A DNA stretch of 63,100 nucleotides, the filler included. It is 5 parts of 5 records of this genome, joined end to end, with 100 filler letters (N's around TTAATTAATTAA, not from the genome) between each part and the next. Parts side by side here need not be neighbours in the genome. Positions count along the whole stretch, not along the records: positions 44,524 to 53,479 come from SRR20825010_3578; positions 53,580 to 59,720 come from SRR20825010_3587; 3 more parts are not named here. One strand, written 5' to 3'. Made by a program: the position numbers and the translations under genes. The notes beneath the pieces were generated by a model. That model saw only the letters and a list, made by a program, of their open reading frames with translations. It made no database searches and was not told where the DNA came from. The number at the start of each line of letters is the position of its first letter. The stretch's first letter is position 1. Below are positions 48,614 to 58,450 of this stretch, piece by piece.

Positions 48614-49516
48614 ATGGGACAGGACGTAGCCACATTTTCCAAACAAGCCGACCAGATGCGCACGGGCGGTGGTTTTATCGCAGCATTGGACCAATCCGGC
48701 GGCTCTACACCCAAGGCGCTGCGGCTCTACGGTGTAGCCGAGGACAGCTACGATGGCGAAGACGCCATGTACGCCGAAATCCACGAGATGCGCTCTCGCA
48801 TCATCACCGCGCCGGATTTCACCAACGCCAAGGTGCTGGGCGCAATCCTGTTTGAACGCACCATGCGCGCCGAGGTTGACGGTAAACCCACCGCTCAGGC
48901 GCTGTGGAACGACAGGGGCATCGTGCCCTTTCTCAAGATCGACAAGGGTCTGGAAGACAAGGCAGACGGCGTGCAGATGATGAAGCCGATCCCGGGCATC
49001 GAGGAGACCCTCAAAGAGGCCGCGGCATTTGGCATCTTCGGCACCAAGGAACGCTCTGTCATCCATGAGGCCAACGCGGCGGGCATCAAGGCGGTTGTGG
49101 CGCAACAGTTTGAACTGGGTATGACCGTCCTCGCGGCGGGTCTTGTCCCGATCCTAGAACCTGAGGTCGACATTCATTCGACGACCAAGTCCGAGGCCGA
49201 AACCATCTTGAAGGCCGAAATTGCAGCGCAGCTGGACCAGCTGGCCGAGGGGCAGGATGTGATGCTCAAGCTGACCATCCCGACCGAGGACGGACTATAC
49301 AACGATCTGGCGGATCATCCGCGCGTGATCCGGGTTGTGGCGCTCTCGGGCGGGTATTCCACCGATGAGGCCTGCGAACGTCTGGCGCGCCAGCCCAAGA
49401 TGATTGCTTCTTTCAGCCGCGCGCTGACCGAAGGGTTGAGCAAGCAGATGTCGGATGCGGATTTCAACGCGGCCTTGGGGGCCAACATTGACAAGATCTA
49501 TCGCGCGTCGATCTGA
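48614..49516 (+). CDS. fda: Class I fructose-bisphosphate aldolase
   Basis: GFIAALDQSGGSTPKAL; GTKERS; ALSGGY; ASFSRAL. Confidence 0.9.
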   Translation: MGQDVATFSKQADQMRTGGGFIAALDQSGGSTPKALRLYGVAEDSYDGEDAMYAEIHEMRSRIITAPDFTNAKVLGAILFERTMRAEVDGKPTAQALWNDRGIVPFLKIDKGLEDKADGVQMMKPIPGIEETLKEAAAFGIFGTKERSVIHEANAAGIKAVVAQQFELGMTVLAAGLVPILEPEVDIHSTTKSEAETILKAEIAAQLDQLAEGQDVMLKLTIPTEDGLYNDLADHPRVIRVVALSGGYSTDEACERLARQPKMIASFSRALTEGLSKQMSDADFNAALGANIDKIYRASI

Positions 49517-49544
49517 CTCGCCCCTTTTCGTTGATCACAGATCT

Positions 49545-49580
49545 AGCCCCGTTTCCTGTCCGGAAGCGGGGCTTTTTGTT
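49545..49580 (+). terminator. Rho-independent terminator
   Basis: AGCCCCGTTTCC-loop-GGAAGCGGGGCT followed by a T-run. Confidence 0.8.
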
Positions 49581-49787
49581 GTTTCATTGGGCGGGGTGCA
49601 GAAACTTTCATGCCATTTCAATGCCTTGATCCGAAGTGGTGGTTTTCCTCACTGATGCGGCCAAGGATCGGCGGCTATCTTGCGTCTCAGTTACGAAGTT
49701 CGGGGCAAAGAAGGCAATCAAGCCGCTCACCGGATGGACCAAGACCCGTTTTTCCCAGATCGTCCTCATTTTCCAAGGAACAGACCC

Positions 49788-50255
49788 ATGAAAACCTTTG
49801 CCAAAATCGCATTCGCCGCCCTCGCGCTGACCGCAACCGGCGCTGTCGCCGATCAGGGCGACAAGATCACCGCAATGGGCTATGGCCCGACCCAACAGCA
49901 CGCCAAGATCGTGACCATCCAGACCTGGACCACGGCGGCGCATGATTCATACGGTTATGCCGACTGGAACACCGCCTATATCGGTCACATGGAATGCGTG
50001 CAGACCTACGCCACCGCGACCCAGAAATATTCTACGTTGTCGCGTGAAGTCATCAAGATCGGTGGCGACCAGAGCGCGCCGTGGTCCTGCATCGTGAGCG
50101 GCTATCAGGACGTCAAGACCAGCTACTATGGCGGCTATGACGGCGGCTATAAGAAGAACACTGGCCACACAGGCGGGTACACAGGCGGCTACACAGGTGG
50201 CCATACCGGCGGGTATACTGGTGGCTACTCTGGCGGCACGACCAACAAATACTGA
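49788..50255 (+). CDS. Secreted hypothetical protein with a Gly/Tyr-rich (TGGY)n tail
   Basis: AAGGA RBS; signal peptide MKTFAKIAFAALALTATGAVA; 12-bp coding repeats at about 50160-50237. Confidence 0.7.
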   Translation: MKTFAKIAFAALALTATGAVADQGDKITAMGYGPTQQHAKIVTIQTWTTAAHDSYGYADWNTAYIGHMECVQTYATATQKYSTLSREVIKIGGDQSAPWSCIVSGYQDVKTSYYGGYDGGYKKNTGHTGGYTGGYTGGHTGGYTGGYSGGTTNKY

Positions 50256-50318
50256 TTTCGGGCTGTCCCAACCGCGGCGCATCCCCACGTCCCACCCATT
50301 GCCGCGTCAGTCCCGATA

Positions 50319-50350
50319 GACCCCGGTGCCCGCTCCCAGCGCCGGGGTCA
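50319..50350. terminator. Hairpin between convergent genes
   Basis: GACCCCGGTGC...GCGCCGGGGTC. Confidence 0.55.
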
Positions 50351-50368
50351 CTTGCGTGTCAAACCCGT

Positions 50369-51028
50369 CTATCCTGCCTGTTTACGCCAATCGGCGAGCG
50401 TCTTGCCCGGTTCATCGACAAAAAGGCCGGGCAGGGGCGTAAGCTTGTCGATCCTGTCGATCCGCAGGCTGAGAAACCGCGCTTCTGTTTCGTTCCAGCC
50501 GACACAGGTCCAGATTCGGCCAAAGTAATCCAGATGCAGAGGGCGCAGCACATGCACCGCCTCGCGGGTCTCTATCCGCAGCCTTTGCCGCGCGCGGATC
50601 GCGGCGCGGATGGCCGGCATATGAACAAAGCCGCGCGCTGCCTCGGCAAATCGGTCGGTGGCAAATCCGAATGGTGCAGGGGCGGGCCCGGAATCTTCTG
50701 GCAGGACCGCTTCTATTTTGGCGGCGAGGCTGCGAGCGCTGGCGGCCTGCTCGGGCAGGGTCGATGCGCCCAGTGCGGCAAGGGCCAGATGCAGCGCCTC
50801 AAGTTCCTCTTCGGTCAGGTTCAACGGGGGCAGGGTGATGGCCGCCTGAACGGTGTAGCCATAGCCGCGCGCGCCCTCGACCGGGACACCGGACGCGGCC
50901 AAAGTTTCCATGTCGCGGTAGATCGTGCGCACGGACACACCAAGATCCTGCGCCATCGCCTCGGCGGTGTGCAGTTTTCCGTCGCGCAGGCGTTGCGTCA
51001 GGGCATACAGCCGGTCTTTACGGTTCAT
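50369..51028 (-). CDS. YafY-like HTH-WYL transcriptional regulator
   Basis: LGVSVRTIYRDMETL..GARGYGY; WTCVGW..LRIDRI. Confidence 0.9.
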   Translation of the reverse strand: MNRKDRLYALTQRLRDGKLHTAEAMAQDLGVSVRTIYRDMETLAASGVPVEGARGYGYTVQAAITLPPLNLTEEELEALHLALAALGASTLPEQAASARSLAAKIEAVLPEDSGPAPAPFGFATDRFAEAARGFVHMPAIRAAIRARQRLRIETREAVHVLRPLHLDYFGRIWTCVGWNETEARFLSLRIDRIDKLTPLPGLFVDEPGKTLADWRKQAG

Positions 51029-51219
51029 CTCGCACCTTTTTTCGGCATCCGTGCGTAGACCATACTGACAAAAACCTGACAACTGACAAGGTCATGACAA
51101 AACGAGTGGCCAATCGCGGCGCTTTGGTGCTTTTCCGGGGGCAGGAGACTCTATAGACAACGGCAGTGGCATAGATACGCGGCCCCGGACGGGATGCCGC
51201 TGACGTTAGGAGAGACATC

Positions 51220-51441
51220 ATGGGTATCGGAAACATCGGCCTTCCCGGCCTTCTGCTGATCGCAGTTGTCGTGCTGGTCCTGTTTGGTCGCGGCAAGATC
51301 TCTTCGCTGATGGGCGAAGTGGGCAAAGGCATCACCGCCTTCAAGAAAGGCGTGAGTGAAAGCACCGAAGAACTGGAAGAACAGAAAAAGGCCGATGAGG
51401 CCAAGGACGTCACCCCGGAAGACGAGAAAGACAAGGCGTAA
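51220..51441 (+). CDS. tatA: Twin-arginine translocase TatA
   Basis: LVLFGRGKISSLMGEVGKGITAFKKG. Confidence 0.95.
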   Translation: MGIGNIGLPGLLLIAVVVLVLFGRGKISSLMGEVGKGITAFKKGVSESTEELEEQKKADEAKDVTPEDEKDKA

Positions 51442-51447
51442 GCTGTT

Positions 51448-51942
51448 ATGTTCGATCTTGGCTTTGCCGAACTGCTGGTGATCGGCATCGTTGCGCTGAT
51501 CGTTGTCGGGCCCAAGGACCTGCCGGTGCTCTTTCGCAACGTGGGTCGTTTCATGGGCAAGGCGCGCGGAATGGCGCGCGAATTCAGCCGTGCGATGAAT
51601 GACGCGGCGGATGAAACTGGCGTGCGTGATGTCGCCAAGACGTTCAAATCGGCCACCAACCCTGTCAGCAGCGCGATGGACGGCGTCAAGGATGCCGCCA
51701 AATCCATGACCAATTTCGACCCTGACAGCGAAACTGGCAAGCTGGCCAAGGAACGCGAAGACGCCCGCAAAAAGATCGAGGCCGGCGCAGCCCGCAAAGC
51801 GGCAGAGCGCAAGGCGCGTGAGGCGCAAGAAGCCCTGCGCAAGGCGGATGAGCTTGAGGCGTCGATGCAGGCGGCCCCAGAGGACGCCGCCCCAAAACCG
51901 GCGGCCGAAGGGCCCGCCGCTGAAGGAAATGACAAGGCATGA
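51448..51942 (+). CDS. tatB: TatB
   Basis: [26 protein letters not shown]. Confidence 0.95.
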   Translation: MFDLGFAELLVIGIVALIVVGPKDLPVLFRNVGRFMGKARGMAREFSRAMNDAADETGVRDVAKTFKSATNPVSSAMDGVKDAAKSMTNFDPDSETGKLAKEREDARKKIEAGAARKAAERKAREAQEALRKADELEASMQAAPEDAAPKPAAEGPAAEGNDKA

Positions 51943-52907
51943 GTGACGCGCAAGATGAGATCGAGGACAGCTCGGCCCCGCTGATCGAGCATCTGGCCGA
52001 ACTGCGCACGCGGTTGATCCGCTCCGTGCTGGCATTGCTGGCCGGGATTTGCGTGCTGTTCATTCCGATCAGCGGCGATTTCCTCGCCGAACATATCCTG
52101 CAATTCCTGCTTGTCCCGATCGAAAACACGCTGCGCGCATTGGGCGACCCGTCGCCGACGTTGCAATACACCAGCCCGCAGGAATACCTCTTTGTGGTGT
52201 TCCGCATCTCGATGGTGTTTGGCTTTGCGCTGGCGTTCCCGGTCATTGCCTTTCAGATGTGGCGGTTTGTGGCTCCGGGTCTCTACAAAAAGGAAAAGAA
52301 CGCCTTTTTGCCCTTCATCATCGCATCGCCGGTGATGTTCCTGCTCGGTGCAAGCTTTGCCCATTTTGTGGTGACACCGCTGGCGATGGCGTTTTTCCTT
52401 GGCTTTGCCGACGCACCGTCGATCTTTGCCGATCTGCTATCGGGCAGTGTGGACGTGCCCGATGCGACGGCAATTGTTGTGCCAGAGACAGTGCAGGGGC
52501 TGCGCATAACCTTTTTCGGCAAGGTGAACGAAAGCCTGAGCACCTCACTGGTGTTCATCATGGCCTTTGGCCTGTGTTTCCAACTGCCGGTTCTGCTGAC
52601 GCTTATGGGCAAGGCCGGGCTGGTTTCTGCCGAGGGGCTGGGCAGCGTGCGCAAATACGCCATGGTGGCCATCCTAGTGCTGGCGGCGGTGGTGACGCCG
52701 CCGGATGTGGTCACGCAGCTGATCCTGTTTGTCGTGGTTTACGGACTGTACGAAGTGTCGATCTTCCTTGTGGGCCGAGTCGAGAAAAAACGCGAGGCCG
52801 AGTTGCGCGCGCAGGGGTTGTGGTTCGAAGAAGAGCCTGACACCGAAAACGATCCGCTGATGGATGAGTTCGACGAGGACGAGGACGACGAAGAGGCGCG
52901 GCGATGA
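51939..52907 (+). CDS. tatC: TatC
   Basis: [28 protein letters not shown]. Confidence 0.95.
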   Translation: MSDAQDEIEDSSAPLIEHLAELRTRLIRSVLALLAGICVLFIPISGDFLAEHILQFLLVPIENTLRALGDPSPTLQYTSPQEYLFVVFRISMVFGFALAFPVIAFQMWRFVAPGLYKKEKNAFLPFIIASPVMFLLGASFAHFVVTPLAMAFFLGFADAPSIFADLLSGSVDVPDATAIVVPETVQGLRITFFGKVNESLSTSLVFIMAFGLCFQLPVLLTLMGKAGLVSAEGLGSVRKYAMVAILVLAAVVTPPDVVTQLILFVVVYGLYEVSIFLVGRVEKKREAELRAQGLWFEEEPDTENDPLMDEFDEDEDDEEARR

Positions 52908-53479
52908 GCGGAAAATCTGTAGGACCAAAAGCCACCGCGCTGAAACGTATCGCCGCGGCGCTGGAGCGGATGTCGCCCGCGCCGCAAGCGGCCCCCGACT
53001 TTGAGGGAGCAGAGGCCTTTGTCTGGCATGTCGATCCCGACAGGTTGGTGCCGGTGCCGCAGGTCAATCGCGTTGCACTGGATTTGCTGATTGGCATTGA
53101 CCGCGCGCGCGACACACTGGTGGACAACACGCTGCAGTTTGCACGCGGACATGCCGCAAACAACGCCCTGCTTTGGGGCGCCCGCGGCATGGGGAAATCC
53201 AGCATCGTCAAGGCGGTCCATGCCGACGTGCGCGCGCAGGGACACGACCTGAAACTGGTGGAACTGCAACGCGAGGATCTGGGATCTGTCGGGCGGCTGC
53301 TATCGGTTCTACGCGCTGCGCCGCTGCGATTTGTGCTGTTCTGCGATGATCTTTCGTTCAGCCATGACGATGAACACTACAAGAGCCTCAAGGCGGTTCT
53401 GGATGGTGGCATCGAGGGACGGCCAGAGAACGTGCTGTTCTATGCCACGTCAAACCGCCGCCACCTGATGCCGCGCGAC
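52904..53479 (+). CDS. DUF815 AAA+ ATPase, 3'-partial
   Basis: LLWGARGMGKSS; FCDDLSF; YATSNRRHLMPR. Confidence 0.9.
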
Positions 53480-53579
53480 NNNNNNNNNNNNNNNNNNNNN
53501 NNNNNNNNNNNNNNNNNNNNNNNTTAATTAATTAANNNNNNNNNNNNNNNNNNNNNNNNNNNNNNNNNNNNNNNNNNNN
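53480..53579. other. Artificial contig linker
   Basis: N44-TTAATTAATTAA-N44. Confidence 0.98.
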
Positions 53580-53955
53580 CGGGCTCGACTGGAAGGCGAT
53601 GGGGCTGACGCCGCGCGACATGGATTTCACCGAGGCCCGCAACGGCGCGGCGCGCGATATCGCGCTCGCCATCGGGGTGCCGCCAATGATGCTGGGGATC
53701 CCCGGCGACAACACCTACTCCAATTACCAGGAGGCGAACCGCGCTTTCTATCGGCTGACGGTTCTGCCGCTGATTGCCCGCACCGCGGCTTCGCTCACGG
53801 CCTGGCTTGCGCCGGTTTATGGCGCGGCGCTGAAGCTTGAGGTCGACCTCGATCAGGTGTCCGCCCTTTCGGCGGAGCGCGATGCGCTCTGGGCCAGAGT
53901 GTCCGGCGCCGATTTTCTTTCCGACGAGGAGAAGCGCGAAGCCGTCGGTTATTAG
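53580..53955 (+). CDS. HK97-type portal protein (g3), 5'-partial
   Basis: LDWKAMGLTPRDMDF..GVPPMMLGIPGDNTYSNYQEANRAF. Confidence 0.9.
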
Positions 53956-53987
53956 CGCCTCCCGGCGCCTTCTTTTAAGGAGTGGAT

Positions 53988-54674
53988 ATGGGCGAGAACA
54001 CCATGCTGGCCGACGAATTGAAATATGCCGACCTGTCGCTGACGGATCTTGCGGGCGATGGATCGTTTTCGGGTTATGCGAGCCTGTTCGGCGAGATCGA
54101 TCTGGGCAAGGACATGATCGAGCGCGGGGCATTTTCGCGCTCGCTTCAAAAGCGCGGCGCGGGCGGCGTGCGGATGCTGTTCCAGCACGATCCGTGCGAA
54201 CCGATCGGGACGTGGACCAAGATCCGCGAGGACGGGCGCGGGCTTCATGTCGAGGGCATGCTTTCGGCCGATGTGGCCCGTGCCCGCGAGGTGCACGCAC
54301 TGATGAAGGCGGGCGGGCTCGACGGACTTTCCATTGGCTTCCAGACGGTCAGGGCGAGGACGGATGCGAAGTCCGGCGTCCGCCGGGTGCTGGAGGCGGA
54401 TCTGTGGGAGATATCGATCGTCACCTTTCCGATGCTGCCGTCCGCGCGGATCGCCAATGTGAAGCAGGCGGGCGATATCTTTCCGACAATCAGAGAATTC
54501 GAGCGATGGCTGACGCGGGATGCCGGCCTCTCCCGAAAGGCGGCGCGCCGGCTTCTGGCCGGCGGCTATGACGCGCTTATTGGCAGGCAGGATGCGGCCA
54601 TGAGTGCAGACGGGGCGGATGACGACCGGCTTCTGGGTCTGCTGCGGCAGGCAAGCCGGATGATGACGCCCTGA
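53988..54674 (+). CDS. HK97 prohead protease (g4)
   Basis: FSGYASLF; MLFQHDP; GLSIGF; LWEISIVTFPM. Confidence 0.92.
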   Translation: MGENTMLADELKYADLSLTDLAGDGSFSGYASLFGEIDLGKDMIERGAFSRSLQKRGAGGVRMLFQHDPCEPIGTWTKIREDGRGLHVEGMLSADVARAREVHALMKAGGLDGLSIGFQTVRARTDAKSGVRRVLEADLWEISIVTFPMLPSARIANVKQAGDIFPTIREFERWLTRDAGLSRKAARRLLAGGYDALIGRQDAAMSADGADDDRLLGLLRQASRMMTP

Positions 54675-54745
54675 CACCCATCGACGGGCCGGACGCCCCA
54701 GGCATGGCGGCCCTATTCCAACGACAATTGCGAGAGGACACGATT

Positions 54746-55984
54746 GTGACCACGTCTCAGATGAAGGTTGCGCCCGAGATCAAGAGCGCGCCGATCAACC
54801 AGGCTTTCGAAGACTTCATGTCGAGCTTCGAGGCCTTCAAGGAAACCAATGACCGTCGGCTCGGCGAAATCGAGAGCAAGATGGGCGAGGACACGGTAAC
54901 CCGTGACAAGGTCGAGCGCATCAACCGCGCCATGGACGCCCAGTCGCGGCTGATCGACGAGATGCAGCTCAAGAAGGCCCGCCCTTCGCTTGGTCGTTCA
55001 AACAGCCTGGCCGCGAGCGAGCACAAGGCGGCGTTCGAGAACTATATCCGCCGCGGCGACGAGCATGGGCTGCGCGCCCTTGAAGCCAAGGCGATCTCGA
55101 CGACGGAAAGCGATGGCGGCTATCTGGTGCCCGATGAAACCGACACCGAAATCGGCCGCCGGCTGACGGCGGTTTCGCCGATCCGCCAACTGGCGACGGT
55201 GCGGCAGGTTTCGGGGGCGGTGCTGAAGAAGCCGTTCATCGCCTCGGGCTTTACCGCTGGATGGGTGGGCGAGATTGCCGACCGCGACCAGACCGCGACG
55301 CCGGATATTTCCGAACTCTCCTTCCCGACAATGGAGCTTTACGCCATGCCGGCGGCGAGCGCTTCGCTGCTGGATGATGCGGCGGTCGACGTCGAAAGCT
55401 GGATCGCCAGCGAAATCGACATCGCCTTCGCCGAACAGGAGAGCGCTGCCTTCATCAATGGCAATACGGCGACCATGCCGAAGGGGTTTCTGAGCTACAC
55501 CAATGTGGCCGAGAGTGCCTGGGAATGGGGCAAGATCGGGTATGTCGCGACGGGTGCGGAGGGTGCGTTCAAGGCTGCTGACCCTTCCGACACGCTGATC
55601 GAGACGATCTATTCGCTGAAGGCGGCGCATCGCCAGAATGCCCAATTCGTGATGAACCGGAAGACCCAAGGGACGATCCGCAAGTTCAAGGACGATGACG
55701 GCAATTATCTGTGGCAGCCGCCGGCCGGCCTTGGCCAGTCCGCCTCGATCATGGGGTTCCCGGTGACGGAAGCCGAGGACATGCCGGATATCGGCATCGA
55801 CGAGACCGCGATCGCCTTTGGCGATTTTGCCGCCGGCTATCTGGTGGTCGACCGCACCGGCGTTCGGGTTCTGCGCGATCCCTATTCGGCCAAGCCCTAT
55901 GTGCTGTTCTACACCACCAAGCGCGTTGGCGGCGGGGTGCAGAACTTCGAGGCGATCAAGCTGATCAAGTTCGGCGAGGCGTAA
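54746..55984 (+). CDS. HK97-fold major capsid protein (g5)
   Basis: DGGYLVP; LRDPYSAKPYVLFYTTKRVGGGV; GTG start after GAGGA. Confidence 0.93.
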   Translation: MTTSQMKVAPEIKSAPINQAFEDFMSSFEAFKETNDRRLGEIESKMGEDTVTRDKVERINRAMDAQSRLIDEMQLKKARPSLGRSNSLAASEHKAAFENYIRRGDEHGLRALEAKAISTTESDGGYLVPDETDTEIGRRLTAVSPIRQLATVRQVSGAVLKKPFIASGFTAGWVGEIADRDQTATPDISELSFPTMELYAMPAASASLLDDAAVDVESWIASEIDIAFAEQESAAFINGNTATMPKGFLSYTNVAESAWEWGKIGYVATGAEGAFKAADPSDTLIETIYSLKAAHRQNAQFVMNRKTQGTIRKFKDDDGNYLWQPPAGLGQSASIMGFPVTEAEDMPDIGIDETAIAFGDFAAGYLVVDRTGVRVLRDPYSAKPYVLFYTTKRVGGGVQNFEAIKLIKFGEA

Positions 55985-55996
55985 GCACCAAAAGAA

Positions 55997-56024
55997 CCGG
56001 CTTCGGCGGTTTCGCCGAAGCCGG
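55997..56024. other. Perfect 12-bp-stem hairpin after the capsid gene
   Basis: CCGGCTTCGGCG-GTTT-CGCCGAAGCCGG. Confidence 0.7.
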
Positions 56025-56080
56025 ATGACCGGCAGGTTTGCCATTTCCCGAACCAGGAAAGAGCGAGCGATGCCTGATTG

Positions 56081-56110
56081 GCCCCGGCGCTTGCGTCGGG
56101 GTTTTTCGTT
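56081..56110 (+). terminator. Rho-independent terminator between the capsid and connector genes
   Basis: CCCCGGCGC-loop-GCGTCGGGG followed by TTTTT. Confidence 0.65.
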
Positions 56111-56128
56111 GCCAGAGGATTTCGGACA

Positions 56129-56695
56129 ATGAGCTATGCCCTGATAACGCCGCCTGCGGAAGAGCCGGTGAGCCTGAGCGAGGCCAAGGCGTTCATGCGC
56201 CTTGATGGCAGCGAGGAAGATGAGTTCGTGGTCGCGCTGATCGTGGCCGCACGGGAATACCTCGAAAGCGTCAGCGGGCTTGCGCTGGTGACGCAGACCT
56301 GGCGGCTTTACCGCGACACATGGCCGGCAAGCGGCATGATTTCGCTGGCGCATGGGCCGGTCCAGACCGTCGACGCGGTGACGGCCTATGATGGCGATGG
56401 CGAGGCGACCGTGATTGCGCTCGACGGAGCGCGGCTCGATGGCCGGGCGCGGCCCGCGCGTTTCTACCTGCCCGGCATGGGCGGATGGCGGGCCGGCGTC
56501 AACGGTATCGAAGTGGAGTTTACGGCGGGTTTCGGGGCGGCATCGGCGGTGCCGGAGGCCGCCAGACAGGCGCTCCTGCGCCATGTGGCGCACATGTTCG
56601 TGTTCCGGGGCGCAGTCGGCCCCGACCAGCAGCCGGCCGGAGTACCCGATGGTTATGACCGGCTGATCGCGCCGCTCAAGGCATGGAGGCTTTGA
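56129..56695 (+). CDS. Head-tail connector (g6)
   Basis: PPAEEPVSLSEAKAFMRLD; GIEVEFTAGFG. Confidence 0.88.
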   Translation: MSYALITPPAEEPVSLSEAKAFMRLDGSEEDEFVVALIVAAREYLESVSGLALVTQTWRLYRDTWPASGMISLAHGPVQTVDAVTAYDGDGEATVIALDGARLDGRARPARFYLPGMGGWRAGVNGIEVEFTAGFGAASAVPEAARQALLRHVAHMFVFRGAVGPDQQPAGVPDGYDRLIAPLKAWRL

Positions 56696-57024
56696 TGCGC
56701 ACGTTTGATCCGGGAGCGTTTTCGGCCCGTCTCGATCTGATGGCGCCCACGTTCATCCCGGACGGGCAGGGCGGAGCGACGGAGATCTGGTCCGAGGTCG
56801 CAAAGCTCTGGGCGCGGATCGAGCCGGTCACGATTGCTTTCGATGAGGAAGCCAATGGCGAGGTCTTTCGCCTGACGCATGAGATCTGGATGCGGGCGCG
56901 GTCGGATCTGGCACCGGGGATGCGGCTGCAGCGCGGCGGGCGGGTATTCAAGGTCAATGGCTGGCGCGATCCCGATGAGACGGGGCGATACCTGGTCTGC
57001 CGGTGCGAGGAGATTACGCCATGA
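56695..57024 (+). CDS. Head closure protein (g7)
   Basis: PDGQGG..W..LWARIEP..DPDETGRYL. Confidence 0.85.
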   Translation: MRTFDPGAFSARLDLMAPTFIPDGQGGATEIWSEVAKLWARIEPVTIAFDEEANGEVFRLTHEIWMRARSDLAPGMRLQRGGRVFKVNGWRDPDETGRYLVCRCEEITP

Positions 57025-57428
57025 GTTCACCTGAAAACGCGCTGCTTTCGGCGATCCATGCGACGCTTTCAGACGACGGAACGCTGACAGGGCTCATCGG
57101 TCCGAATGCGATTTTCGATCGGTTGCTCAAGCGGCCGCAACTGCCCGCAATCGTGTTCGGAGAGTGCGTCACCACCGATCTCTCGACGGTGGATGGAAAG
57201 CTGTTCGAGCATGCGCTGAATATCGAAATCTGGTCGGAGGCGCATGGGCGCAAGACGCTGCAGGAGATCGAGGAGCGCGTGAAGGCGCTGCTCGACGATG
57301 CGGCGCTTTCGCTTAGCGGCGCGGCGCTCATCAATTTCGTTCATCGCTCGACCAGAGTGAAGCGGGTGGCGCGAACGGGCTATTTCCTCGCCGAGATGCG
57401 CTTTCGCGCTGTGACCGAACCGGCGTGA
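57021..57428 (+). CDS. DUF3168 tail completion protein (g8)
   Basis: Position in the cluster; EHALNIEIWS; MRFRAVTE. Confidence 0.85.
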   Translation: MSSPENALLSAIHATLSDDGTLTGLIGPNAIFDRLLKRPQLPAIVFGECVTTDLSTVDGKLFEHALNIEIWSEAHGRKTLQEIEERVKALLDDAALSLSGAALINFVHRSTRVKRVARTGYFLAEMRFRAVTEPA

Positions 57429-57462
57429 GCCACCAATTTTCAGACAGACAACGGAGAGTTCC

Positions 57463-57873
57463 ATGACTGCCCAGAAAGGCAAGGATCTGCTTTTGAAGCT
57501 GCACAATGGCAGCGCCTATGAAACCGTCGCCGGCCTCAGGTCGCGGCGGTTGTCGTTCAACGCCGAGACGGTGGATATCACCGATTCCGAAAGCGCCGGT
57601 CGCTGGCGCGAACTGCTGGCCGGCGCAGGCGTTCAGCGGGCCTCAATGACGGCTTCCGGTATCTTCAAGGATCAGGCATCCGACGAGACGGTGCGGGCGG
57701 CGTTTTTCGCCGCAGCCCTGGTGGAGGCGCAGATTGTCATCCCGGGGTTCGGTATTGTTGCCGGGCCGTTCCAGATCTCCGCGCTCGAATATAACGGCCA
57801 GCACAATGGCGAGGTCCAGTTCGAGATCGCTCTGGAATCCGGCGGAGCGGTGAGCTTCGGAGCGGCGGTTTGA
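57463..57873 (+). CDS. TP901-1-type major tail protein (g9)
   Basis: AQKGKDLLLK..GRWRELLAGAG. Confidence 0.92.
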   Translation: MTAQKGKDLLLKLHNGSAYETVAGLRSRRLSFNAETVDITDSESAGRWRELLAGAGVQRASMTASGIFKDQASDETVRAAFFAAALVEAQIVIPGFGIVAGPFQISALEYNGQHNGEVQFEIALESGGAVSFGAAV

Positions 57874-58232
57874 TGCGCGGCTCCGGCAGCGGGCGGGCCA
57901 ACCGCCATCGCGGCGAGGTGGAGGCGGAGTTCGATGGCGAGCGGCGGATCCTGTGCCTCACGCTCGGAGCGCTCGCGGAACTGGAAACCGCGTTTGCGGC
58001 GGATGGGCTTGGCGATCTTGGCAAGCGCCTTGCCTCCGGTGGGCTGAAGGCGCGCGATCTGATCGCGATCATCGGTGCCGGACTGCGCGGCGGCGGCAAT
58101 GCGATCGATGACGAGGATGTGGCCGCGATGGGCATGGAAGGCGGGGTTGCCGCTTATGCGGGCCTTGTCGGGGAGCTTCTGACCGTCACGTTTACAGGAG
58201 GGGATGCCGCAAAGAACGCGGACCCTTCCTAG
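57873..58232 (+). CDS. GTA tail assembly chaperone (g10)
   Basis: ANRHRGEV..LCLTLGALAELE. Confidence 0.88.
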   Translation: MRGSGSGRANRHRGEVEAEFDGERRILCLTLGALAELETAFAADGLGDLGKRLASGGLKARDLIAIIGAGLRGGGNAIDDEDVAAMGMEGGVAAYAGLVGELLTVTFTGGDAAKNADPS

Positions 58233-58441
58233 CCGCGGCGGCGGAGCCTGCCATCGCCGAACCGTTCCCCTGGCGAGCGGCGATCCATACCGGGCTCTGC
58301 ACGCTGCGGCTTCCTCCCGACATGTTCTGGGCGCTGTCGCCGATGGAGTTCGCTGCGATGGCGGGCGCGTTTGCGCCGGCCGAGGGCTTTCCGACGCGGG
58401 CAGCGCTTGATGAACTGATGACCCGCTTTCCCGACAGATGA
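58223..58441 (+). CDS. rcc01693-family chaperone extension (g10.1), in the -1 frame with no start codon of its own
   Basis: Manual translation PFPWRAAIHTGLCTLRLPPDMFWALSPMEF..LDELMTRFPDR*. Confidence 0.8.
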   Translation, partial: PFLAAAAEPAIAEPFPWRAAIHTGLCTLRLPPDMFWALSPMEFAAMAGAFAPAEGFPTRAALDELMTRFPDR

Positions 58442-58450
58442 GGACGTTTC

